A program made the position numbers and the translations under genes. A stretch of 64,000 nt of DNA from Auanema rhodensis (taxonomy: Eukaryota > Animalia > Nematoda): contig OZ059895.1 in NCBI GenBank assembly GCA_964057225.1, positions 16,244,001 through 16,308,000 on the forward strand. The letters are read 5' to 3'. Position 1 is the first letter of the stretch; each line of letters opens with the position of its first letter. Positions 1 to 11,700 of this stretch are shown one piece after another. The notes beneath the pieces were generated by a model. It saw only the letters and a list, made by a program, of their open reading frames with translations. It was not told the DNA's origin and did no database searches.

Positions 1-223
1 CTCTCTCTCTATTTTTTTTCTCTTAATCTTATTTTGTTTTAAATGTTTGATATGCATTTATCTGTAATTTAACATCTATTAAATGCAGAAAAACTGTCAA
101 ATCGTGTTTCTTCTCCTAATTTTTCTAATCTAATTTGTCTATGTCTAATAAACTATTTTCTGAGATTCATTTTGCTTTTAAAGATTAATACTCTTATCTG
201 GAATTTGCTGGTGGTGACTGCAT

Positions 224-795
224 ATGGGATCAATGGTAGCTAATCAGAAAACAGTTTATGAAGAAGATCCATTTCTTCGTCACTTCTCTACACCTTGTAA
301 TGTACGGTAAGTATACATCCAGATCTTGATGATATATATATGAAAAACTTGAAACATTAATTCAGATATACACTGTATGAGCATGCTCATTTAGCAGAAC
401 GACAAACTCATTTTCAACGAGATCTAGAACAACGCAAAATTCCAATAGTAAGTTGTAAAAGGTTTTTGATGTGTTTGTTAAAATATTGATATGATCATAT
501 GACTCATTGCTATACATTGACATTGTACTCGTGATCATCAAGCTATAATCACTATTGTATGTAGCATGATGTGAAGAATTGGATCATGAGATCGTTCAGC
601 AGTTGAAAGAGTGAGAGAGTGTGAGAATGCGGGGGATGAGAAGTATGAAATGCTTATTATGGTAATGATAAGATAGCGAAGCCAAATATATATATATATA
701 TATGTTATATATTATATATATATAGTATATTAAAAGGAAGGCATTCGTATATGAAAGCATAAAGCTCTGGTTACTTTACCTCTTCTTTCAACTTT

Positions 796-866
<71 letters not shown>

Positions 867-1854
867 GAGAGAGGTGGGGGGAGGGAGAGCGAAAGCGAGA
901 GGCAGGAAGGACTACTCAATCTATTGTATGATAAGTTTTGTTACTTAGTTTCTCAACAATTTCTACTTTTCTTTGAATTGGAGAAAACTTTCCAGAAATC
1001 TCAAAAGACATTCATCCCATTTTTCAAAAAAAAAAACAAATTAGCATATCCCTAATAAGTATTTGATACATCTTATCGTCAAAATCACTGATGTCCTTCT
1101 TGTTTTTTCCATAATCTGGTTGGCATCTTCTATCTAACTTGTCCAGAAAATGAGCGACCCAAAAGGTAGAGACGGTCATAAAGAAATTGGAGAGTAAGGA
1201 GAGATGAGGTCGATTACCGTCTCATCTTCTTTCTTATTTCTCCTTGCTGTTACCTAGTCTGCTCGACAGCAACTTCTTATGACGGTTGTCATCTGGTCAG
1301 TCTTCTCGCTTGCCGCAAAAGATCTTATCCATCTGATGCTTGACACGACAACTAACCAACCGATGCGACAACATCGATTTTGGGTTCTTTTGCGGAACAA
1401 TACTTGATTTCTGGTACTAGGCTTTCCTCCATTTTTCGTTTATTTGTGATTCAAAAATCAGGGAAAACGACTGACAGATTGACAGTGAAAACTCCATTTC
1501 CAGACATTTGTAGAGAAGGGTATAAGCACATACATCACATGGGATCATCAAACTCAAATTGAAAATGATACTGTAAGCTTATTTAATAATTCATTTGATG
1601 CAAGTTAACTTGTCTTATCTTCAGGTGACGATTGATTCAGCTCCCTTCCTTCTGAGTGGAGTTAAAGTTAAAGCCGAAGGTAACATGAGCACAACAACCT
1701 TAACCGGCACATTGAAACTGACTTTATGTGAAAATGAAGGTAAACCAAGCGTTTTGAACAGCCTAACTTCTCTCAACCTGTTTCAGAACCGCAAGAACAT
1801 TGTATGACTGAAGAACAGTTGAACTATCTTCGCCGTCATGGTTTTCCGCTCTAA
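224..1854 (+). CDS. bro-1: Core-binding factor beta subunit (RUNX partner, BRO-1/CBF-beta), 5 exons; apparent 1-nt frameshift near 248-250
   Basis: Exons 224-306, 366-447, 1504-1572, 1625-1739 and 1787-1854 give MGSMVANQK/TVYEEDPFLRHFSTPCNVRYTLYEHAHLAERQTHFQRDLEQRKIPITFVEKG...VTIDSAPFLLSGVKVKAEGNMSTTTLTGTLKL. This is colinear with CBF-beta (MPRVVPDQRSKFENEEFFRKL...IKYT...EERQARFQ...APMILNGVCV...G...L.G). The 5' end is uncertain. Confidence 0.82.
798..872. repeat. (GA)n microsatellite followed by a G-run, in bro-1 intron 2
   Basis: Directly visible. Confidence 0.95.
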
Positions 1855-3772
1855 GAGTATAGGCTTCATTCAGCCGGTCGATCCACATAAGTCTTCTCTG
1901 AGTGTTACGGGTTAATATTCCATCATACAAAGTTTTTTTATTCAAAAAAATAGTTCAAACATAATCATTTTCTCTGCTTTTCTGCTTCTCTATGTTTCTC
2001 TGAACCCGATGATCTCTATTCTTATTTTACTTATTCGAATACAAATGTGATAACAGATTCATTATTTATACTATATTATTTCATATATAATCAGAAAAAT
2101 TAACTGAAAATAATAAAAATAAATAGTTTTTAGTTGTAAAAAAATCTTCTTCTACATGTAATTTCAAAAAATCTTCTTTTAAAACCTTCACACCATCATC
2201 CTAATTGTACAACATGTTTGAGATAAATGACAGATCGTTGAACAGCTTTTGCTTCAATCATATCATATTGACTTGAAAAATCTTCTCCTCCATAATCCAT
2301 GTCTCTTTTCTAGTTCCAGTTGTCACAGCTACTTGTCAATATTTGATAATTATCTTTGATATGTAATAGAAAAAAAAAAGAAAATAAAAAGTAAGATTGA
2401 TAGATAAGATGATGTGGTTAGGTAAAGTTAGTTATGAAAATGAAATGAAATGTGGAGATAAGAGATTGCGGATGACGTCGATTATTGATAATTGATAACA
2501 AAAAGTTTGAAAACAAATGAATTCCTTTTGAGATAAGTGCTTCTGAATTTTGGAATGGGTTGGAACCTTCTACTCACTATGCTTCAATTGTTTTTCTTAT
2601 TATTGTTCAAGTTTTTTGAGATGGATTATGCCTTGTATTTCTTAATATTCTCAGGATATACACGGTGGGGGTTTTACTTTTTCATTCACTCTTCATCTTA
2701 TTCCCATTCACTCAAATATTGTGACATTCGACAGAAACAGAAGAAGATGAAGAAGACGGAAAAGTGGAAAAACAGCAGCTAGTTGTAGTAGTAGAGAGAG
2801 AAATTGAGGAATGAGTTAGATGGACTGTTAGAAGAAAGGGAGAGAAACAGAGAAATGGCTTAACAATGAGGTCGTAGCCTGATGTATATGAGAGAGTGGT
2901 GTCGAGGTGGAATGTAAGAGCATAAGTTGATGTTTAGAGAGTGAGTAACAGCATCAGTAATGTCTCTGTGATGTCCCTTTCGTTGCATTACTCTTCGATA
3001 TCTTGTCATCCATAACACAACGATTTCACCAGCTTAGGCTGTAATATGCCTATTGACTTTCCCAACTTCCTCGCAATAGTCTGATAGTCGTTAATCGGCT
3101 AACATATGTTGCCAATCTTCCTATTCGTCGGGCATTTATGAGATGTAAACCGCATTCTTATCACCCGCAAACCACAACATTCATCAGGCGAACAGCTCGT
3201 ACTTAGGGATATCGGAGATGACGAAAAGGTGAGATTCTGAAAATGAATAATTGCGTTGCCAGATTGTGAAAAATATCATTTTTCCTACACAGAAACAAGA
3301 TGTAGTATTAGGATCTTTCATCTTCAAATTACTTTATCTCTTACAATACACACACAAAGAAGTTTCCATCCAAAATACATTCCTGTAATGAGGTGAGAAA
3401 TTCATCAAAGCACTTAACTACAACTGTTTTAATACCTTTTTTTTCTCCTGAAAATATAATTTTTCATCACAAAAAGTCGGTGACATCAAAGAAAAAAAGC
3501 ACATTCAAACACGAAAACTGCATTGTCATGTTGCTTTAAATTTATTTCAATAAAGAACACCTGTTAGTTACTTCGAGATGAGAAAAGGATCCTCAATCTT
3601 AAATTGAATTACAATTTTAAAAAGTTTATTGCGCAAACGAAAAAAAAAGAAATATTTACAGCATTAAGAAAATACAATTTCTTTCTAATTTTTCTACTGA
3701 AAATATGCATTTGCATACAAATTTTGAGATTATATAAAATTAAAATATATACTCTTAATCATTTAATGTCTT

Positions 3773-6700
3773 TTAATTGGTTTTCTTTTCAACACGCCCA
3801 GTGAAATGTTCCATAGTTTCATTAACACCGAAATATTCGCTGAAGAGGTGAGTGACAGACGATGGGAAAAGTCTGAAAAATGAATTATTCGTACTTGTTT
3901 ATGTTATTATGAATGTTACCCCATAGTAGCAATAACAGCATAACAAAATTTGGGGAGGGCAAGGAACTCGCGGTCAGTAAGGACAGCTTCCATGATATTA
4001 TCAATAACGTCTTGAGGTTTCAAGATTGGCAATAAGGTTGGGCTCCTGCAATAATCAATATAATATGATCATAACAATTTAAAAGAAAATGCAACCGATC
4101 TTAGCTTTGGAAAATTCGAAAATAACATCTTCAATATGCAAATGAGGGCTTTCTAAGCGCGCGGGAAAACTTACTTGGTTTGAACTCCATCAAACATTCC
4201 AGTATCAATGTAAAATGGACAAACCACGGTGGTCTTAACTCCATCTTTTTTCATGTGCAAGAGCTCGTTAGTTAGGGATTCATGGAATCCGACAGCACCA
4301 TGCTTGGATGAGCAGTAGTCAACCTGAACGAAAATCATTAAAACACTTTCAAGTTAAGCTACTTACTAATCCAGCAGCGCCAGTTTTTCCAGCCATCGAA
4401 GCAATAGTGACAACATGTCCCTTATTTCTTTCCATCATAGCAGGAATAAAAGCTTTTCCGGTCTATAAGAAAACTGGGAGATGAGTTGCATCTACAAAAC
4501 CACATACAAAGAACAAAGCCATGGTATTGACAGCCATGGTCAGCTCCATAAGATTATCTGGACATTCGAAAAGCTTCTTACCTACAAACCATTTTCTTTA
4601 TATATTTGTTTATTTTAAAATTATTATACCAGTAACAACACCAGCATTATTGATAAGAATATCAACAACTCCAACTTCTTTCTTAACTTTATCAGCAGTT
4701 TCATAAATATCCTTTTTGTCTGCCAAATTCACGGTATATGCGTAAGCCTATAAGGTCAATCAATTATTTCTAGATGATTACAGCCATTTGACATTATAAA
4801 ATCGAAAATTATGGATTTGATATAGCCTGGAGATATGGATTACTGTACTTTATGCCTGTTTTTTACAAAATGATCGCGTAATTTCTGCAATGTACTATTC
4901 AATCTTTTATTTGAAGTAACGGTTCCATGATATTATTATATCGATTGTGCTCTCTTAAATGTCATTTTACCTAATTTTCAAATATTTTCCTTATTGTTTC
5001 AGAAAGCTAATATCTTATTTATATTTTGATACTTGAATATCTTAAATATTGTTTTGAAATCTGCTTTCTACTCACTGTTATATCTCTTCCTAATATGGTC
5101 GTCTCAATTTTATTTATACTTTTCAGCGATGACGATGTATTCGCAACACTACAATATGGGGAAATTGAGACATTGGAGTAACCCTGATGTCACGTCTAGT
5201 CTGTATAGAAACTGTCCACATTCCGGACTTTCTGATCATCATATCAGGTAAAGAGATGAGCAGAGATCAACACTTGAAGTATTTTTCATTACAGTGGTTT
5301 GAGGTCTTCAAGAACACCTCTATCTATGTCATGTCAACCATCTGACTTTCGTTATTTTGATCAAAACACTTACCCTTTTCATCATCAGGTTTGATTTTAT
5401 TCTTTTTCATTTGCTTACTTTGAAAAACAAATTCTACTAAAGTTGATTCATTTTCGACGAAAGAAGATAAGCCGGTTACTTTGTTTAGTTTTTAAAGTTT
5501 CTTTAAAATCCTTTCGTCAAGTATAAATCTGAGAGAGCTGATATTAAAAAGCTATTAGCGGCGAGACAGATTAAATCGTTCACACATGCTCGTTTCAGGA
5601 ACGTCGTCCTAGAACCTCCTCTATGTCTTCGTCACGCTCTTCTAATGGTTCGATGTCTCTCCCCAAACGCCCGTTATTATACAAAGTTCGTTTTACTGGT
5701 ATTTTCGTACCGGTTTTTCTCATTTTCAGACAACCTTATGTGAAGTTTGGATCAAGGGTCGAAACTGTCGGTTTGGAGAACGTTGTTGGTTTGCTCATGG
5801 AGAATGGGAGTTACGCTCTTCTATTCAAAACAAAATCCGAAAGGTTTGTTTTTATTATCTAGACGTGTGCCAACTAGAACTTTTAGCCTGAAATTCATAG
5901 CGTACCATCCCGAGCTCAGCAAGAATGGATGGTACTGTCTCAGACATATGGTAGCACACCTGGAAATTTTAATAGCTTTGCTAAAGTAGGAGTCTCAAAG
6001 AAAATGCCTCTTCAATCCTTTCAACAGAGCTCTATTAATCGATTTTCTCGTGATGCTGTAAGTGCTCAACTAAGAGCTGGTGTGGAAGCTAGATTAGGCA
6101 GAAATTCTACTGGTGATTCTCTTGAATCATGGTCGAAATTAGGGGCTTTGTTACAAAACATGCCGTCTCCAAAAGCCGAAGACTCTGTTAGTTTATAACC
6201 GTTATAAAGGAATCTAAGCGCCTTTTATAGAATAATTCCCTTTGGTCCTCTTCTGATCTCTCTCTGTCTTCTTCCTCATCGAGTGAAAATGGCGGCAGCC
6301 GTGGATTTTCCTATCTCGACAACTTAAAGGTAAGCATCTTATGATCACACAGATTCATTTTATAATATATTTCAGGAGGATACGATAGTTTTTCATGAAA
6401 TATGCGATATGTTTGCCGCAAGTGGCTTCTGTGCTTTAGGAGATGATTGTGCTCTTGAACATCGTATGCGTGATTTCGCAAGCGAGTAAGAACCTAAGCT
6501 CAATTCTTTAAAAATCTTAAAAAGACTACTCTATCGTAACAGCTTTTCCATTTCACTTTCTCTGTCCTGCTAATACGATAGTTATACAATCGTCTATATT
6601 TCCTTGTACTACAGTAAATGCGACAAATCGCCATGTTGTAAGTTTGAATAATTTGACGACCTTTTGAAGGAAATAGATTATCCTTCTTTTCATATAAGTA

Positions 6701-7561
6701 AAAAGTGTTCTTAATGTTTAACTAACTCCCGTTTTCATTTTACATATTTAAGTCAAAACTCTAACTATGTTGTTTTTCTAATAAGTAGAAGGCCCCGGTT
6801 TTAAAAGCCTGTTTTATCTCTATATGATTATGCAAAAGTTGCGCATTATCATTGTGATTAATTGTTGAAAACGCGCCACTTTTGTATTTTTGAACCTCGA
6901 GCTTTCCACGAAGCCCCATTCTTGGTTACTTTTATGTTTTAATTGAACATTATACAAGATTGACTGCCTTGTCCACTTAAGGAGACTGAAGATATCTAAG
7001 TACTTGCTCATAGGTTCAAATGTTTGTCATTTGCATTAAGTAATATCTGCATTTTCCTTTTTTATTTGTTTTTTTTTATTTTAATTTTTGTTGAGTTGAA
7101 TCTGTACAATGACATGTTCACGTTTTGTTAGAGTATTTGAATGAAATATTAATTTGTTTAAACTTTTGTTTTGATTTTTCAAGAAAATGTATCGAACGTA
7201 CCTTAACACCATCTTTTTCCAGCATTGATTTGGTTTCTTCATTTCCTTTCTCGTTAATGTCCCACAGCACGATGGTGCAACCGAGCTTTCCGAACTGCAA
7301 AATAAAAATAAGAACATGCTCGTTGATAATGTGCATACTTCCATAGCCATCATTCTGCCAAGTCCACTACCTGATCCGGTAATTAAGACATTTTGACCTA
7401 TGAAATTACAGTTCATATAAAATACTTTAAGCTAAGATAAGGTTACCCTTCACATCTTTTCGTGGAAGAACACCAATGGGAAGGAGAGCTTTGATAGTGC
7501 TCACAATACAAAGGAATAAGGTCTTGGCGAGAAGAACAAGGGCTTCAACTACTTGTTCCAT
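3773..7561 (-). CDS. Short-chain dehydrogenase/reductase, SDR16C (retinol dehydrogenase / 17-beta-HSD11, dhs-3-like); multi-exon with a 2.45 kb intron (4748-7201)
   Basis: N-terminal hydrophobic anchor, [29 protein letters not shown], catalytic YCSSK and [11 protein letters not shown]. Stop at 3773-3775. Confidence 0.93.
5129..6489 (+). CDS. CCCH zinc-finger RNA-binding protein (TIS11/OMA/POS/PIE-1-type fingers), nested antisense in the SDR intron
   Basis: TTTCAG acceptor just before the ATG. Spliced exons give [31 protein letters not shown] (C-x8-C-x5-C-x3-H) and a C-terminal [20 protein letters not shown], with Ser-rich linkers. Confidence 0.85.
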
Positions 7562-8705
7562 CCTAAAAAATTGAAATAAATGAATTACAAGGTAATAATA
7601 GTCGAGTTCCAAACAAGACGAGTGAAATATATTATGATGAAACGTTATTTGGAGGTAAAGTGGTTGTGACGGTGACTGAGTGTTTGTTCCAATGGCTTGT
7701 TGGCTGGTTTGGAGTCTTTATCAATTTGCAATCTCAGATAATGAAAATAGACTCTAGGGCGCAAACTATGCAGTTTTTCACTGTTGTCTATTAGAGAGAA
7801 ACATAATATGAAGTATTAGAGCACTTTAATCATGGTTTCAAAGAGTTCAAGCCAAAATAATACTACAAACTATTTCATAATACTATAGAAATGTGATATT
7901 TAGCTATTAAGACAGATAGAGAAGGTAAAGAGGAAATGCTGAAACATGAAGGAATATTATTAAGTTGGTATTGTTCAACGTTGCTGTGTACAGAAAATCA
8001 AGAGTATAAGCCTGCCTTCAGTACAGGCTGAGCAAACAGTGCTTTCCTTGACTTTGCTCATACTTGCGGCTCGTTTAACAGTTCGTATAACAAGAACATT
8101 GAAGTTAAGCAAAAACTATCGAACGTTTAACTAGGCAAAAGTTTTTTTCATTCCAACAATGGAGAGCTATAAATTCCAATTTCAGAAAATAGAGAGAATA
8201 GCGCAATTGAATGCCGGCTGAGGAGCAAAATAGATAGCGGAGCTATCATCGGCAGCAGAGGCTAGAGAAGCAAAAAGCGCATAAGCTGTGAATAAACTGA
8301 GAGAACAAGAGTCACACAGCTGACTCTTCAATGTTGAAAGGCTGTTTTTTTGATATTTCGGGCACAATCAACTTGCTGCGTGTAAAGTTGGAACAACAGA
8401 AGATCTTATACTTGGAAGGTCTATAGAAATATCCTATTTCAAATTATAAAAACGACAAGAAGTTTCAGTAGAACTTGTGAAGAGTGTTCTACTCGAGTAG
8501 AGTTTAATCAGCAAAATCGAAGAAAGTAAACAACAATAAAATTATTTTATTAGTATTATATAGATTAAAATTATCACAATCAGTTATTATCACCCAGTGG
8601 CTAATGCATTTCTTCAACAAATTCCCCGTAGTTATTTTCAGTTAAGATGATTCATATGGAATCACAATCTAAGATTTGTACAGAATATATATAAATAAAT
8701 AGTTC

Positions 8706-11700
8706 TTAGTTTCCGAAGAAACTGAAGCTGCTTGACATCTTATCATAGAGTGAACTCAATGTTGGCGCATTTTTGGCTCCTGAAAACAGGTTACTGTTAT
8801 GCTTCGGACTTTGAAGAAGTTTATCTCACCTGCTTGGGGATTTGATAGTAAGTTATTCTTAGGTGGTTTTGCTTGTAAGCGCTTTGTCACTTCCTCAGAT
8901 GGCTGAATGCTCAAAGTACAAAGAAACGAAAAGATAAGAATAAATACCGTTCTGTCCAATCGTGGTATCAATGAAACTCTGAGAGGATGCTCGGGTTTTG
9001 GAACAATGTCCAGAACTTGAGCATATGATTGCGACTGTTGCAAGTCTTTACTAGGCAGTACATCAACAAGTAAACAAGAGAACATTAGCTAAAAATTCAT
9101 TGAATAAACGGAAGTCTAATTCGATCTTACCTGAGAACGATGAGTAGCCAGACGAATGTTGGTTGTTAGATAGCTGGACATTAAGCTGATATCAAATGGA
9201 TCAATGTGGCTTTCTATAACGGTTTGGAATTTCTTGAACCTAAAACCAAGATTTAAGGATTGCGAAACAAAGATTGTAGTTAATACTTCTCGTTCGGGAA
9301 CATTGCATTAAGAAGGCGACAATCGAACAGAATTTGAGTCCATGTTCTTTGCACGATATTGGCTCTGCTAATAGCAGATTCGAAGGCTTGCGAAAGCAAT
9401 TCAGAGATCTGAAAAAAATTGGAAATAAAAACCTCTAGGTTATCAGCTTACCTCAGTTGCTAAGGTTTTGCGAACTTGACGGGATAGAAGATGTGCTATG
9501 GAAGCATCCCCAAATCTCCGTGATAAAGCAAATAGAGCGGAATGAAGAGGGGGTGATAAAGTGATAGGTACATCTACGACACCAACATCTGGCATGTCAA
9601 CTTTCTCCCATTCCTGTGAAAATATTTAACAAATATATATATATACATCTATGATGATCTTACTGTAGCTAAGTTCAAAGCCAAAAACGGAGACGTAAAG
9701 GATTCAATGTAATCATGGAGCTTTTCTTCCGAAAGGTATTGCTTAGCCAGCAAACACGCATACTTGCTGAAAATCAAAACTTATCACAATTAATTACTAA
9801 AATGAGTTTTAGTAATTACAAAAGCAAGTATGGCCAGAGAAACCGTGGAATTCTAATCTTATTAAGTGTCACCACCCAGAAAATCAGTCAGGTCAATGTC
9901 ATTTAAACAACACAGAAGAAGAATTGTTAATAGCTACTACATGAGACCTAAGATTTAATAGCTACTACATGTAAGAAACCGAATTCAAGTTCAACTCAAG
10001 AATACATAGTTTTATGCTTTGAACCTTGTGAAGTTTTTAAACATTCCCAAACTTAGTTTACAGCTTTAGAACTTTAATCTTATAAATTAGTTCTAATCAT
10101 TTTTGCAACATGATAAATATAAAAGAACTAATATTAATTTCATGAAATTAATTTCTAATGTTTGTAATAAGACATACGTTCATATAGTATATACAAATAC
10201 CGTATTCTAATTAAACGTGGAATAAATATTTTTACGTGAGTTGAGAATATTCAAATTTCTGAACAGCAGGCAGAAGTCATTTTTTAGTCTCGAACTAAGC
10301 AGAGCGGTTGTATCAAAGTGAACGATTAACGACTATTATTTCAAATGAATGATGGTAAGGCATTTTTTTTTATTTCCCCCCGGACCACCGTGCCCGAAAA
10401 CATTATTTTGTCTTCTGAAGATTTGACTGATATTAGCAACATGCTGTTATATATCTCTCTTTTTTTTCTGTTCCGTTCAAAGGGACTCTCTTGTTTTCCA
10501 TGAGATCCTGTAAATCTGCATTTCTTTCTATTTTCCACTTGCAACGAAACAACAATCGTCCGTCTAGTTGACGTCAACTATGCCTGCGCAACTAAATAGG
10601 CCATACTAGGCAGCGGTTAGACTGATCTCGTCTTCAGTTGTTCCTACACCCGTATAAAGTGTGAGGGTTCTTCCATTTTCTCTCAAAACCTCACTAACTT
10701 CGTTACCGAAATTCAATAAACGTTATGAGATCCATAACTAAGATCGAAAATAGTGATTATGAGGAGAGATAAAGGTTCGGAACACCTTGAAAACTATCTA
10801 GGTTCTTTGAAGCATTGTCGCAAAGACATGCACAACAATCGTAGCTGATCACCAAAACATACATATCAAGAAATACATCTTACAGTAGCCTAAGCTCTTT
10901 TGTAACTTGGTTCCGGTATCGGACATAGATTGAAGTAGATATTTCCATGTTAATTCTTTGAAGAAGGTTGTGTTATGGTCTTGGCATGTCAGTGACAGAG
11001 TCTCGCACAATGATACATGACGATGTTATTCTATTAAAGTTTGCTCCTGTTGGTTCCCTGTCTAACAGGGACAGTTTGTTCGAATTGAGGGAAAAATCTC
11101 GACAATCCTTGGGGAGAGGCCAAATGTGTGTATGTGGTCTCTGTGTGTGCGTGTGTGTATTCGCTAGGTTGTATTCTTCGACGGTTGCAGTCTTTCTCTC
11201 TCTCTCACTTCATCCATCCTGTAGGTCTCTGTATGCGCAACAGGGAGAGATTGACAAAGGGGGGAGGACGGTTCATCGTCGACATCGTGTGTCCTTCGAA
11301 GTGAGAGCGTGAGATAGAGTGTTCATAGAAGAGGGGCGAACTAGCGACGACGATGGCTACGTCGTCTTCGAAGGCGACGAAGAGGGAGAGAGATCAACGT
11401 ACAGTCCCGCGCGAACACTGCATTCTCTCTCTCGCACATCACCCGTTTACCACTATTTCACTAGTCTCACTCCCTCTTACTCTCTCAGAATCTCCTTCTC
11501 CTGTTGACTTCAACAACTACGACGACGTCGACGACGACGATGGGGATGGTGCAAGCACCGCCCCCCGGTCTAGTTTCAATGGTCCGGTCGGTCCGCCGGC
11601 GCAAATCGATAATCGCAAGGCCCCTATGTCCGCCGCGCCGCCAACCATACACCGTCGTTGACTGACAGCCGACAGCCGGCTGCTGCATATTCTCTCTCGC

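Noticed and set aside
205-260. In-frame TAA in ...AYGINGS*SETVYEED suggesting stop-codon reassignment
   Set aside because: All other genes use TAA/TGA as normal stops, and CBF-beta homology is better explained by the ATG at 224 plus a 1-nt shift.
586-606. TGAGATCGTTCAG resembling mir-58/bantam
   Set aside because: No complementary arm to form a pre-miRNA hairpin.
1150-1420. Exon-like, GC-richer segment in bro-1 intron 2
   Set aside because: There are stops in all plus frames and no recognisable protein on the minus strand. bro-1 splices in frame without it.
8182-8367. 61-aa minus-strand ORF
   Set aside because: Non-ATG start, no motif and no supporting splice chain.
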